This document shows, in pieces, positions 49,485 through 59,825 of a DNA stretch of 64,000 nucleotides. Made by a program: the position numbers and the translations under genes. A model generated the notes under the pieces. That model was not told the origin of the DNA. It saw nothing but the letters and a program-made list of their open reading frames with translations, and searched no databases. The DNA comes from Bacillota bacterium (GTDB lineage: Bacteria > Bacillota > Ch66 > Ch109), in the NCBI GenBank assembly GCA_050952625.1, contig JBMNLH010000001.1, forward strand, positions 736,001-800,000, given 5' to 3'. Positions within the stretch are counted from its first letter, which is position 1. Every line of letters starts with the position of its first letter.

Positions 49485-50537
49485 ATGGTTAAGGCAATTA
49501 CCTGGCAAGATGACTTTCTTAGACTAATTGATCAAACGAAATTACCTTTGACGACAGAGTATATAGATTGTCGAGATTACCAATCCGTAGCCCAGGCAAT
49601 TCGAACGATGCGCGTTAGAGGGGCCCCGGCCATTGGGGCCGCAGCCGCTTTCGGGATAGTCCTGGCGGCGAAAAGATTGCTTGAGGCCCAACCTAGCGTT
49701 AACCGGCCGGATTATTTAGCTCTGCTTCAAACAGCGGCCAGCGAACTGCAGGCAACCCGTCCGACCGCAGTTAATCTTTTTTGGGCAGTCAAGCGGATGC
49801 TGCAGCGATTAAATGAGGTTGCCACCGAAACTCCAGCGGAGATTACCCGACTGCTGGAGAAGGAAGCCCAGTCTATTTGGGCAGAAGATATTGCCATGAA
49901 TCATCGGATTGGCCAGTTTGGCCTGTCGTTAGTTCCAGAAGGGGCCAGAATCTTAACTCATTGTAATGCTGGAGCTCTAGCGACAGCTGGTTACGGGACC
50001 GCTTTGGGGGTTATTCGGGCGGCTCATGCGGCGGGTCGCCGAATTTCAGTGTGGGCAGATGAAACTAGACCCTTGCTGCAAGGAGCACGCTTAACCGCTT
50101 GGGAACTGTTGGAAGACGGCATTCCCGTAGCCCTGATTACCGATAGTATGGCCGGTTACCTGATGCAACAGGGAAAAGTAGACTTAGTCATTGTGGGGGC
50201 TGATCGCATCGTGGCCAACGGCGATGTTGCCAATAAGATAGGTACTTACACCTTGGCTGTTCTGGCTCAGATGCACGGTCTGCCTTTTTATGTGGCGGCA
50301 CCATGGTCTACGGTCGATTTGTCGTTAAGCTCCGGTACGGAAATTCCGATTGAGGAAAGAAGTCCCGAAGAGGTTCGAATGGTGGCGGGCCAGTACATTG
50401 CCCCCCCGGCAGTACCAGTATACAACCCGGCGTTTGATCTAACCCCCAGTCGGTTAGTTACAGCGATTATTACGGATCGAGGAATTATCGGGCCGCCCTA
50501 TAATGAGAGTTTGTCGGAATTGGCCGACCGTAATTAG
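49485..50537 (+). CDS. mtnA: S-methyl-5-thioribose-1-phosphate isomerase
   Basis: VRGAPAIG, TRPTAVNL, THCNAGALAT, ETRPLLQG, ANKIGT, NPAFD. Confidence 0.96.
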   Translation: MVKAITWQDDFLRLIDQTKLPLTTEYIDCRDYQSVAQAIRTMRVRGAPAIGAAAAFGIVLAAKRLLEAQPSVNRPDYLALLQTAASELQATRPTAVNLFWAVKRMLQRLNEVATETPAEITRLLEKEAQSIWAEDIAMNHRIGQFGLSLVPEGARILTHCNAGALATAGYGTALGVIRAAHAAGRRISVWADETRPLLQGARLTAWELLEDGIPVALITDSMAGYLMQQGKVDLVIVGADRIVANGDVANKIGTYTLAVLAQMHGLPFYVAAPWSTVDLSLSSGTEIPIEERSPEEVRMVAGQYIAPPAVPVYNPAFDLTPSRLVTAIITDRGIIGPPYNESLSELADRN

Positions 50538-50555
50538 ATTAAGGGGGACCGCTTA

Positions 50556-51329
50556 ATGAACGAGGGTTGTCAGTCTGACTGCCGAAACAACCCAATTGAT
50601 CGGCTGGCGGACCAGATCTTATGGGCAGCTCGCGAAATGTTTCAGCGAGGTTTAGTGGTCGGTGCCTGGGGAAACATTAGCCTTCGGTTAGCAACCCGCT
50701 GCGGTGACGGACGCTTTTTGCAAAATGGTCTGGCTGCTGCTTCCTCTCCCGGAGCATTGGCTTCAAACAGTCAATCGGACATTGACCACGATAACCTGAT
50801 TCTGATTACCCCGAGCGGAATGGATTATAATCAACTGCAGAAAACTGACCTGGTAGCGATTAATTTGGAAGGCCAGATTATCCGGGGACACCGTCGTCCT
50901 TCAACTGAGATGGCTCTTCATCTTGCCATCTACCGGCAACGCCCGGAGATCCGGGCCATCGTCCATACGCATAGCGTTTTCGCCTCTGCTCTCGCTGTAG
51001 CGAGAATTCCTCTCCCCCCTATCTTAGAAGAACTAGCGCAGTTGCTAGGCCAAGAAGTACCCGTAAGTGAATACGCCCTAGCCGGGACCGAAGGCCTGGC
51101 GGAAAATGCGGTCAGAGCTCTCGGCCAGGGACCGGCTGTATTACTGACGAATCATGGTTTAGTTGGGGTAGGCAAGACTGTGCGTGAAGCCCTCATGATC
51201 TGTCAGGTGGTGGAAAAAGGGGCTCAGGTCTATATCTTTTCCCGAATTTTAGGTTCACCTCGCGTCCTAAGTTCAGGGGAAGTAAGGCAGCTGCGAGAGG
51301 AGTATTTATATCATTACGGTCAGAAGTGA
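50556..51329 (+). CDS. Class II aldolase/adducin family protein (FucA/Ald2-like)
   Basis: GNIS.R, ITPSG, PSTE...H, HTHS, LLTNHG. Confidence 0.9.
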   Translation: MNEGCQSDCRNNPIDRLADQILWAAREMFQRGLVVGAWGNISLRLATRCGDGRFLQNGLAAASSPGALASNSQSDIDHDNLILITPSGMDYNQLQKTDLVAINLEGQIIRGHRRPSTEMALHLAIYRQRPEIRAIVHTHSVFASALAVARIPLPPILEELAQLLGQEVPVSEYALAGTEGLAENAVRALGQGPAVLLTNHGLVGVGKTVREALMICQVVEKGAQVYIFSRILGSPRVLSSGEVRQLREEYLYHYGQK

Positions 51330-51490
51330 TTAGACGCAGGTTCTTATATTTTAATGATTGCTAGTTTCCTGTATTCAGGGCCAAACAGATAATTAGCCCA
51401 ATAGCGTCAAGATGCTAACTTGCTTAAATTCTAACCCTAGATATAAAAATAATAATTTTGTTGACGGTTCAGTTTAAGGGGGAAGTAGAA

Positions 51491-52810
51491 ATGAGAATCC
51501 TAATTCGCGACTGTGCCATATTGCCCATGACTGGTAAAGGTGATTATCTTCCCCAGGGCGATATTGCCATTGAAGGGAGTTTGATTCGCGGGGTAGCCCC
51601 GACTGGAGAATTAACTAAATCCGGACAGCTACCGGCTGACTGGCAGCCGGAGCGAACGATTGAAGCCAGGGGCAAGGTGGCCTTGCCCGGTTTGGTTAAT
51701 GTCCATACCCATGCGGCTATGACTTTATTGCGCGGTTATGCGGATGATATGGCTTTAATGCCTTGGCTGCAGGAAAAAATTTTCCCGGCGGAAGACCGTT
51801 TAACCGGCGAGGATGTTTACTGGGGAACGTTGCTGGCCAATCTGGAAATGCTGAAATCAGGCACTACCTGCTTTGCGGACATGTATTTCTTCATGGATGA
51901 GGTGGCCAAGGCCGTCGATATTTCAGGTATCCGGGCTTCGTTATCTCGTGGCTTGGTTGGCGTCGGACCCAACGCAGAACAAGCTCTGGCCGAAGGAGCT
52001 GCTTTTGTTCGGAATTGGGATGGACAGGCTCAGGGAAGAATTACTGCCCGGTTGGGGCCTCATGCGCCTTATACCTGTCCCGTTGAGTATTTGAAGAAAG
52101 TGATCACCCGATCTGACGAGCTGGGGGTAGGGATCCACATCCACCTAGCCGAAACTCGAGACGAGGTTAAGAATATCGTCAATGAGCACGGTCTGACCCC
52201 GGTCCAGTTAATGGAGCAAACTGGGCTTTTTCAGCGGCCCGTTCTGGCTGCTCATTGCGTCCACCTGAATGACCAGGATATCAAGATTCTTAACCAACGT
52301 GCCGTTGGTGTCGCCCACAATCCGGAGAGCAATATGAAGTTGGCCAGCGGAGTCGCGCCGGTACCGCAAATGCTGCAAAAAGGGATCGCCGTTGGTCTGG
52401 GTACTGACGGAGCTGCCAGTAATAACAATCTTGATCTGCTGCAAGAGATGCGCAGTGCGGCTCTGTTGCACAAAGTCTTTACTAATGATCCAACTGTTTT
52501 ACCAGCCTATCAGGCTTTAGAGATGGCTACTTGGGGCGGGGCTCGGGCTTTAGGACTAGAGCAAGAGATTGGTCGCTTAATCCCTGGTTATAAAGCAGAT
52601 CTAATCTTAATTGATCTGAATAAACCTCATTTTTGTCCGCGCCACGATATCGTCTCCCATCTGGTTTATTCAGCCCTCGCTTCGGACGTAGAATTAGTGG
52701 TGGTAGACGGCCGAATAGTTGTCGAAAGCAAACAGGTACTGACGCTCAATGAAAAAGAGATTATGGCCAGTGTTGAAGAACGAGCGCAGCGGCTGGTGCT
52801 TGATCTGTAA
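51491..52810 (+). CDS. mtaD: 5-methylthioadenosine/S-adenosylhomocysteine deaminase
   Basis: PGLVNVHTH, PHAPY, HIHLAET, AAHCVH, HNPESNMKLASG, GTDGAASNN. Confidence 0.92.
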   Translation: MRILIRDCAILPMTGKGDYLPQGDIAIEGSLIRGVAPTGELTKSGQLPADWQPERTIEARGKVALPGLVNVHTHAAMTLLRGYADDMALMPWLQEKIFPAEDRLTGEDVYWGTLLANLEMLKSGTTCFADMYFFMDEVAKAVDISGIRASLSRGLVGVGPNAEQALAEGAAFVRNWDGQAQGRITARLGPHAPYTCPVEYLKKVITRSDELGVGIHIHLAETRDEVKNIVNEHGLTPVQLMEQTGLFQRPVLAAHCVHLNDQDIKILNQRAVGVAHNPESNMKLASGVAPVPQMLQKGIAVGLGTDGAASNNNLDLLQEMRSAALLHKVFTNDPTVLPAYQALEMATWGGARALGLEQEIGRLIPGYKADLILIDLNKPHFCPRHDIVSHLVYSALASDVELVVVDGRIVVESKQVLTLNEKEIMASVEERAQRLVLDL

Positions 52811-53086
52811 AGTCGTTATTTGTCGGTCATACTCTTTTTTGGTCGTTGCTTGCCATTAAGGGTTTACCAATAGATTATAAGCTAAATATAATAGTTATAT
52901 TATGGTTGCCCCAAATTAAGTATACAGTATTTATGGTTTACAGGTATTTGTTTCGCGGTAAACATCTGATATTCTTATATTAAAATACTGAATAATTTTA
53001 TGCTTAGGTTAAAGAGCTAATAATTTTTTGGATAAATATAGGGAGTTTGACGGATATACACTCAACCTGGGTGATATATAAGCAAA

Positions 53087-53238
53087 CTGAGGTATTATTG
53101 AGAACACCGGAACATTTATTAGCTAACCAGCAGATACAGGATTGCAGCCGGGCAGATAGAGCGCGAGAATTGTCGTATTCTGCGCTAGGTAGGCCGGAGC
53201 TAATACCTGCCAAAAGTATTAGCTCCGGCTTTATTTTG
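53087..53238 (+). ncRNA. Putative cis-regulatory leader (Na+-riboswitch-like core plus terminator), copy 1
   Basis: Shares CCGRGCAGAYAGAGC-stem-GCTAGGTRGGCCGG and the terminator with 59826-59932; upstream of oadG-oadB. Confidence 0.6.
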
Positions 53239-53556
53239 TATACAAAAAGCTTGGTCTAGGGTCTATACACATTAATTAATATTTGATAAGCTGAAGACGG
53301 TGTTTGTCAATGGTTCACTGTGATTAATAATACTTAAAAACTATATATTTGAATTAATTAAAGATATTTTGTCGAATTTAATAGTTTGGGAAAGGGTGAT
53401 GCAGTAGATTAGGCGGGAGTAGTTTTATTTGTGTCTAGGAATTTATTTTCGACTTAATCCGTAAATTGTTGAGTGGCGAAGGTTGTTGAACTTTCTGAAT
53501 TTAATGGATTCCTTGAACAATCTAGTTCTTATAACAATAACCAGGCAGGGAGGGAT

Positions 53557-53694
53557 ATGATGTTTTCCGGTATAGAGTGGGATTTGGTTTGGCGTGTTTG
53601 CATTTATGGACAATTAAGCGTTTTTATCGTGCTGACATTATTGATGATTTCTGTATATGCCACTTCATTTATCATTAGTCGAATAACTGAGTGA
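53557..53694 (+). CDS. OadG-like small membrane subunit
   Basis: 45 aa, single TM helix (GQLSVFIVLTLLMISV), RBS GGGAGG, directly upstream of oadB. Confidence 0.7.
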   Translation: MMFSGIEWDLVWRVCIYGQLSVFIVLTLLMISVYATSFIISRITE

Positions 53695-53774
53695 ATTTTA
53701 TTATGTAATTTTTATTTTGTAATTACAAATTTTGAATTGATTAATACACTATACAAAATAGGGAGAGGCTAGGG

Positions 53775-54896
53775 ATGTTAGAGATTTTTCGGGAGTTGTT
53801 TGAGGCCAGCGGATTATCGGTGTTGACAATCAAACAGGTAATTATGTGGCTGATTGCTATGATTGTCATGTATTTAGCTATTAAAAAGGAATTTGAACCC
53901 TTGTTATTGCTGCCGATTGGCTTCGGGATCTTATTAGCTAATTTACCTAAGGCGCATCTTATGGAAGAAAACATGCTGCTCTGGTTTTTTTATAACTACG
54001 GAATTAAAACAGAAATAATCCCTTGTTTGATCTTTCTAGGACTCGGGGCTTTAACTGATTTTGGTCCGTTGATTTCCAATCCGAAGAATTTGCTTCTAGG
54101 AGCAGCTGCTCAGGGGGGAGTCTATATTACTTATTTTGGGGCCATCCTAGCCGGCTTCACCATCAAAGAAGCAGCCGGGATTGCCATAATTGGGGGAGCC
54201 GATGGACCGACGACCATCTATGTCCTGTCTTATTTGGCACCATACCTTATGGGGCCTTGTGCGGTGGCCGCTTATTCCTACATGGCGATGGTCCCGCTGA
54301 TTCAGCCCCCGATTGCCCGACTCCTGACAACCAGGAAGGAACGATTGATTCGGATGCCGATGTTACGGCCGGTTAGTAAAACAGAGAAAATTATTTTTCC
54401 CATTGTCTCCACGATTGTCATCGTTATCTTAGTGCCCACAGCTGCTCCTTTAATCGGTCTGTTTATGCTGGGCAACCTGTTTAGAGAATCTGGAGTGGTG
54501 GAACGGCTGAATGATGTAGCTCAGAACGCTTTATTGAATATTGTAACCGTCTTTTTGGGGGTAGCCGTTGGCGCAACGATGAGTGCCGAAACCTTCCTGG
54601 ATCCTCAGGTGCTGTTTATCTTTGCCCTGGGAATAGTAGCCTTTGCGGCGGCAACTGCCATGGGGATAATTTTTGCTAAGATCATGAACCTGTTCCTAAA
54701 GGAAAAAATCAACCCCTTAATTGGCGCGGCCGGGGTTTCAGCGGTACCGATGGCCGCTAGGACAATGCACCGGGTCGCTCAGGCAGAGGACAAAAAGAAT
54801 TATATTCTGATGCAAGCGATGGGGCCAAATGTCGCCGGGGTGATTGGAACCGCTGTGGCGGCCGGGATGTTTATTGCGATGTTAGCTGATAAGTAG
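53775..54896 (+). CDS. oadB: Sodium ion-translocating decarboxylase beta subunit
   Basis: FEPLLLLPIGFG, LLLGAAAQ, IIGGADGPT, VAAYSYMA.VP.IQPP, GVSAVPMAAR, AMGPNVAG. Confidence 0.93.
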   Translation: MLEIFRELFEASGLSVLTIKQVIMWLIAMIVMYLAIKKEFEPLLLLPIGFGILLANLPKAHLMEENMLLWFFYNYGIKTEIIPCLIFLGLGALTDFGPLISNPKNLLLGAAAQGGVYITYFGAILAGFTIKEAAGIAIIGGADGPTTIYVLSYLAPYLMGPCAVAAYSYMAMVPLIQPPIARLLTTRKERLIRMPMLRPVSKTEKIIFPIVSTIVIVILVPTAAPLIGLFMLGNLFRESGVVERLNDVAQNALLNIVTVFLGVAVGATMSAETFLDPQVLFIFALGIVAFAAATAMGIIFAKIMNLFLKEKINPLIGAAGVSAVPMAARTMHRVAQAEDKKNYILMQAMGPNVAGVIGTAVAAGMFIAMLADK

Positions 54897-54914
54897 TTGG
54901 CTAAGCTAAGTAAC

Positions 54915-54970
54915 GCAATAAAATAAGCAGGAAGGTCCTTTCCGGTAAGGGTCTGCCTGCTTTTTATTGC
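54915..54970. terminator. Bidirectional terminator after the first oadB
   Basis: GCAATAAAA.AAGCAGG...CCTGCTTTTTATTGC long stem. Confidence 0.75.
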
Positions 54971-55139
54971 TAATACCTTCATATTGATCCATTGATACTA
55001 GAGGTTTATAATTCTACTCTAAAAATTAGGCTGCGCTTGGGTAATAACTTGATCAAACACCGCACGATCATAATTTTTCGTGGTCTGATAAGGCTGTCGA
55101 GCGGCATGGGGTCTACTCGCGATTATTGGCTTGCCTTGT

Positions 55140-55634
55140 CTAGGTTTTTTCTAGTTCTTTCTCCAGTATTTGTTTGAGACAAATAACTTGCTCTTGCTTA
55201 AAGGGGCCAATCAAGTGACTTTCTGCCGGTTCTCCCTGCAGCGTTAACCACAAACTTCCGCACCGGCTTAATTTTTCAAGGGGTGAGTGCCCTAGCTCTA
55301 TTCGCTTAATGTGCTCAAGCGGGATTGTTGTCCGAGTCATCTGCTTTCTAGGACAGATAAGGAGACTTTTGTTTGTCAGAATAACTATTTCCTGTGATTC
55401 TCGGTAGATGGTCAAAATAGCTAAAAGGATCACGATGCTAAAAATAATCCCAGAAAAATTCATAATCCAGGTGGTCCGGCTATTAATCAAAGAATTAGGG
55501 AGCCGGCTAGGCCAAATAAACCAGAATAATACAAGCGCAATTACTGCCAGGAGAGTTATTCCACCGGCAAGCAGATAATAACGGGAATCTCTTTTAAGGC
55601 TTACAATAACCTCTTGAGTATGCGGGCTCTTCAT
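55140..55634 (-). CDS. Membrane protein with bacterial PH-like domain
   Basis: Two TM helices, then ILTNKSLL...TIPLEHIKRIEL...SPLEK...GSL pattern. Confidence 0.65.
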   Translation of the reverse strand: MKSPHTQEVIVSLKRDSRYYLLAGGITLLAVIALVLFWFIWPSRLPNSLINSRTTWIMNFSGIIFSIVILLAILTIYRESQEIVILTNKSLLICPRKQMTRTTIPLEHIKRIELGHSPLEKLSRCGSLWLTLQGEPAESHLIGPFKQEQVICLKQILEKELEKT

Positions 55635-55645
55635 TAGGCTCCCCC

Positions 55646-56149
55646 CTATTGTACGTGAAATTGTCGCGCAGCTATATTTTCGTCTGCTCGGTAAATTCGG
55701 AGTAAGTATTGTCCCGGCGGCAGACCAGGAATGGTACCTAAAACATTTTGTTTTCCTGCCTCAACCGGTAGAGTGCAACTAAAAATGGGTGACGGTTGGT
55801 CTTTCGGGATATCCTGGGTTAAGTTGTGCAATTCAGCCGTCAACTCATTAACTCCGTAGCCTCCAAAACTTCTGACTGAAAAAAAGATCGGGCTGCCGGT
55901 CGGTAGTGGAGCGGAAGTGGTCCGTACCGTGGCCCGGGCGTGATCAGCTTCGGTTCCGATTAGAACAGCCGCCGGGTATTTTTTATCTTGCGGAATAGAT
56001 GTCGCCGGCTGGGCTGAATTCTTGTCAGATGGAACGCTACATCCCGTTAGGACAATACAGAGCATCGATATCAGGAGGTAGGTTCCAATAATTCTATAAT
56101 GGCCCTGTTTTTGACCGGGGTTGGTTAGCTTCACTTCAATCACTTCCAT
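55646..56149 (-). CDS. Hypothetical lipoprotein
   Basis: Hydrophobic stretch ending in lipobox LTGC; beta-rich C-terminus (LPPGQYLLRIY). Confidence 0.6.
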   Translation of the reverse strand: MEVIEVKLTNPGQKQGHYRIIGTYLLISMLCIVLTGCSVPSDKNSAQPATSIPQDKKYPAAVLIGTEADHARATVRTTSAPLPTGSPIFFSVRSFGGYGVNELTAELHNLTQDIPKDQPSPIFSCTLPVEAGKQNVLGTIPGLPPGQYLLRIYRADENIAARQFHVQ

Positions 56150-56373
56150 ATTTGCAGTTTTTCTACTCCGTTAACTATATTAGCAGGCTTGAATGTTTTT
56201 GTATAGAGGATGCGGGAATCGTGATAAAAACTGCCCTTCAAGTCGTAATTTTTAAATTCAATCAAAAATCCGCTTATCATTATCTTCCTTTCTTATTCTT
56301 GATTATGGTACTATTTTTCTAAACCCTAACACAGAACCGTTTTTCACACTCTAAGTAGAAGGGGGAATGAGCA

Positions 56374-56814
56374 ATGCTGAAAAAAATTTTAGTGCCAACT
56401 GATGGCTCAAAGAGTGCAATCAAAGCGGTTACTTATGCTAGACAAATGCTGCAGGAAGGAATAGCTGAAAAAATAACCCTTTTACACGTTGGTCCAGCAA
56501 TTGAAGAGCGATGGGGGTATTATGGTTTAGCCAATGCCGATGTAGAGTTGAGGTATCAATGCGTTTTAAGTGATGAAGGAAAACGAATATTGCGCATTTC
56601 CAAGAGACCATTTGAAGAAGCCGGTTTGCCAGTAGAAGTTATTCATCTGTGTGGTGATTCGGCTGAAACTATTATCAGTTACGCCGAAGAAAACAAGTTT
56701 GACCTAATAGTTATCGGCAGCCGTGGTTTGAATAAACTGGCAGAGTTATTGTTGGGCAGTGTTTGTGATCGGGTCATTCGGCTGTCTACGGTCCCGGTTT
56801 TAATCGTAAGGTAA
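56374..56814 (+). CDS. Universal stress protein
   Basis: KKILVPTDGS, DLIVIGSRG...LLGSV...VPVLIVR. Confidence 0.93.
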   Translation: MLKKILVPTDGSKSAIKAVTYARQMLQEGIAEKITLLHVGPAIEERWGYYGLANADVELRYQCVLSDEGKRILRISKRPFEEAGLPVEVIHLCGDSAETIISYAEENKFDLIVIGSRGLNKLAELLLGSVCDRVIRLSTVPVLIVR

Positions 56815-57186
56815 ATATTAAATACCGGAGATGGCCGAAATCCTAAGGTATATCGAGGATACGGAGTTTATACGTTCAGGAATAAGAAATACAAGCATCA
56901 ATAGTTGTAAATAATAGATTATTAGCTTTTGCATTTCTTAACCAAAAAATATATACTCTCCGCAGAGGCTTTAATGCGGTGAGTGGTTAAAGCAAAGCAA
57001 AATGGTTGTCCTAATGGAAATCTGAATGGCAGCACTGAAAAACCGTTGCTCCCGGTTTTTCTTTACTCGATTATATATGGTTAATAACTTTTTGACTCTT
57101 AACTAATATTAGTCGCAATTTCCTGGCTGTTTTGTGTTTACTATTATATAATATAGTTTGTAGTAATCACTGAGGCTTGGTGAATT

Positions 57187-57220
57187 GCCGGTACTAAGCT
57201 AATTTTTTAGTACCGGCTTA
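57187..57220 (+). terminator. Leader hairpin/attenuator upstream of hppA
   Basis: GCCGGTACTAA / TTAGTACCGGC, similar to the oad-leader terminators. Confidence 0.55.
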
Positions 57221-57451
57221 ATCATGTACTAAATAACATAAATGTTCCCAATAAAATTACAAGGAGGAGATAGATATCAAATAAGTTATCGCTATAGTTA
57301 AATATCAGGGTACTACATATTTTAATCGTCAATAATATCTAATGAAATTTCAAAATAGGAGGTCCTGGACTGCTAAATAAAATAATGGTCAAATGAAACA
57401 ATGCTTAGTTGGGTAGTTTTATTATATTGATTCCAGGAGGCAGAAGTTATT

Positions 57452-59437
57452 ATGTCAGAAAACTTACAAATGGTATTATTGTACGGGGCACCGGCTGTGG
57501 GAATTTTTACTTTATTATTTGCTTGGATGCAAATCCTAAAGGTAAAACGCGAGCAGCCAGGCAATGCCCGCATGCAGGAAATTGCCGGGGCTATTCACAG
57601 TGGGGCCATGGCCTTTTTACGTCGTGAATATACGACTTTGCTTGCCTTTATAGCGGTGCTTTTTTTAATCTTAGCCTTAAAAATTGATCTGCGAACCGCG
57701 ATTTGCTTTATGGTCGGGGCCTTTTGCTCAATGACTGCGGGCTTTATTGGGATGACAGTTGCGACTATGGCTAATGTGCGGACCGCTAATGCGGCGCAGC
57801 ACTCACAGAACCGGGCTTTAGGGATTGCCTTTTCCGGGGGATCCGTGATGGGAATGTGCGTAGCTGGACTAGGTCTGCTCGGTTTAGGTGTTCTTTATCT
57901 GATTTATAAGGACCCGAATATTGTGAATGGTTTTGCGCTGGGCGGGAGCTCAATCGCTCTGTTTGCCCGGGTTGGCGGCGGAATATATACTAAAGCAGCC
58001 GATGTCGGGGCTGACCTAGTGGGTAAGGTTGAGGCCGGTATTCCGGAAGACGATCCCCGCAACCCGGCCGTGATTGCCGACAACGTAGGAGACAATGTCG
58101 GTGATGTGGCTGGCATGGGGGCTGACCTTTTCGAATCATTTGTCGGCTCAATTATTGCCTCGATGGTGTTGGGGATAACCCTTTTCTCCGCGGGTCAGCA
58201 GTTTAATGCAGTCATGTTTCCTTTGATGATTGCGGTGGCTGGTACCTTGGCCTCGATTTTGGGAACCTTCTTTGTTCGTTCGGATGAAAAGTCTAGCCCA
58301 CAGAAGGCTTTGAACTATGGAACTTTTGGGAGTGCCGCTTTAGTTATTCTCTTTTCTTACTTTGCGTCTAAGCAATTAATGGGTGAGATAAGCTACTTCT
58401 GGGCGGTGTTAGCCGGGATTCTTACCGGGACCGCGGTAGGTTTAATCACCGAATACTATACCTCCGGTGATTATAAGCCGGTTAAGGGGATTGCCGAACA
58501 ATCACAAACTGGACCGGCTACAACGATTATTTCCGGGATGGCGGTCGGGATGATGAGTACGGCTTTGCCGATTCTGGTTATTGCCGCTGGTATTTTAGTC
58601 GCCTTTAAATTTGCCGGCCTTTATGGAATCGCTCTCGCAGCGGTCGGGATGCTATCGACCACGGCCATGGTGGTTTCGGTTGATGCCTACGGACCAATTG
58701 CCGATAATGCCGGTGGTATTGCCGAAATGGCGGAGATGGATCCCGGTGTCCGCAAAATAACCGACCGGCTGGATGCAGTTGGCAATACAACAGCGGCGAT
58801 TGGGAAGGGATTTGCCATTGGTTCAGCGGCCCTCACCGCTCTAGCCCTATTTTCTGCCTTTACAAGTTCAGTAGGTCTTGCCAGCATTAGTCTTCTAGAT
58901 CCGCAGGTCATGGTTGGTCTATTGATTGGCGGGATGCTGCCCTTCTTGTTCTGCGCTTTAACCATGAGTGCCGTGGGTCGAGCGGCTTATCGGATGATTG
59001 AGGAGGTTCGGCGCCAATTCAAGTCCATCCCAGGCTTAATGGAAGGTAAAGCCAAACCTGACTATGCCCATTGTGTCGATATTAGTACCAGCGCAGCCAT
59101 TAAAGAAATGGTTATTCCCGGACTGATGGCTGTAGTTATTCCGCTGCTGGTCGGGATGGTTCTGGGCAAGGAGGCCCTTGGCGGGCTATTAGCCGGAGCG
59201 TTGGTCGCGGGGGTTCTATTGGCGGTAATGATGGCCAATGCCGGTGGGGCCTGGGATAATGCCAAGAAGTATATTGAGAGTGGCAATTACGGGGGAAAAG
59301 GGACCCCAACTCACGCTGCAGCCGTAGTGGGAGACACGGTGGGGGATCCTTTCAAGGATACCTCTGGCCCTTCGTTAAACATTTTGATAAAACTAATGTC
59401 TATTGTATCTCTCGTTTTTGCTCCACTATTTATGTAG
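57452..59437 (+). CDS. hppA: Membrane-bound K+-dependent pyrophosphatase, probably Na+-translocating
   Basis: [50 protein letters not shown] (Ala = K+-dependent), [14 protein letters not shown]. Confidence 0.95.
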   Translation: MSENLQMVLLYGAPAVGIFTLLFAWMQILKVKREQPGNARMQEIAGAIHSGAMAFLRREYTTLLAFIAVLFLILALKIDLRTAICFMVGAFCSMTAGFIGMTVATMANVRTANAAQHSQNRALGIAFSGGSVMGMCVAGLGLLGLGVLYLIYKDPNIVNGFALGGSSIALFARVGGGIYTKAADVGADLVGKVEAGIPEDDPRNPAVIADNVGDNVGDVAGMGADLFESFVGSIIASMVLGITLFSAGQQFNAVMFPLMIAVAGTLASILGTFFVRSDEKSSPQKALNYGTFGSAALVILFSYFASKQLMGEISYFWAVLAGILTGTAVGLITEYYTSGDYKPVKGIAEQSQTGPATTIISGMAVGMMSTALPILVIAAGILVAFKFAGLYGIALAAVGMLSTTAMVVSVDAYGPIADNAGGIAEMAEMDPGVRKITDRLDAVGNTTAAIGKGFAIGSAALTALALFSAFTSSVGLASISLLDPQVMVGLLIGGMLPFLFCALTMSAVGRAAYRMIEEVRRQFKSIPGLMEGKAKPDYAHCVDISTSAAIKEMVIPGLMAVVIPLLVGMVLGKEALGGLLAGALVAGVLLAVMMANAGGAWDNAKKYIESGNYGGKGTPTHAAAVVGDTVGDPFKDTSGPSLNILIKLMSIVSLVFAPLFM

Positions 59438-59486
59438 CAAACCTTCATTACAAAACCATCATTAAAATTAAAAATCATGTTTGTTG

Positions 59487-59525
59487 AGCCCAGTATTTAA
59501 GATGCTAAATACTGGGTTGTTTTTT
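59487..59525 (+). terminator. Terminator of hppA
   Basis: CCCAGTATTTA / TAAATACTGGG stem plus T run. Confidence 0.75.
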
Positions 59526-59825
59526 ATCGTAGCCATGATTGTTTTTTGTTGGTTTGCAATAAGAGGCAAAAAGGGGCATCAGATAGACATAACTTATGAA
59601 TATTAACTATATCACTGTTATCTGACGATAATCAGCACTTTGCTTTTTGCGTGGCAAAAGATATACTCACGATTAGAGCTGGGTAGATTTAGCTGAAAAT
59701 TTAGATGCAATGATACCAACGGCAACACAGAAAGGTAACCAAGCAAAAAGGGCTTTTCCTGAGAAACTAGCAGGCACGACGTTAAAACGGCGAAGTGTGG
59801 GCAGTTAGGTTAGGTGACAGTGTCG

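Noticed and set aside
53040-53135. Possible c-di-AMP (ydaO) riboswitch in tandem, suggested by AGCTAACC
   Set aside because: The other conserved blocks (GCTGAATCC, GGGGGAACC, GGGGTGAAT) are absent
53047-53259. 70-aa ORF upstream of oadG
   Set aside because: It overlaps the structured leader and terminator and has no protein-like features
57255-57400. Two orphan AGGAGG sites upstream of hppA
   Set aside because: No properly spaced canonical start codon or credible ORF follows either site
59715-59790. Possible c-di-GMP-I riboswitch (GGCAA...GAAA...GCAAA)
   Set aside because: The P2/P3 pairing and tetraloop-receptor pattern do not fit
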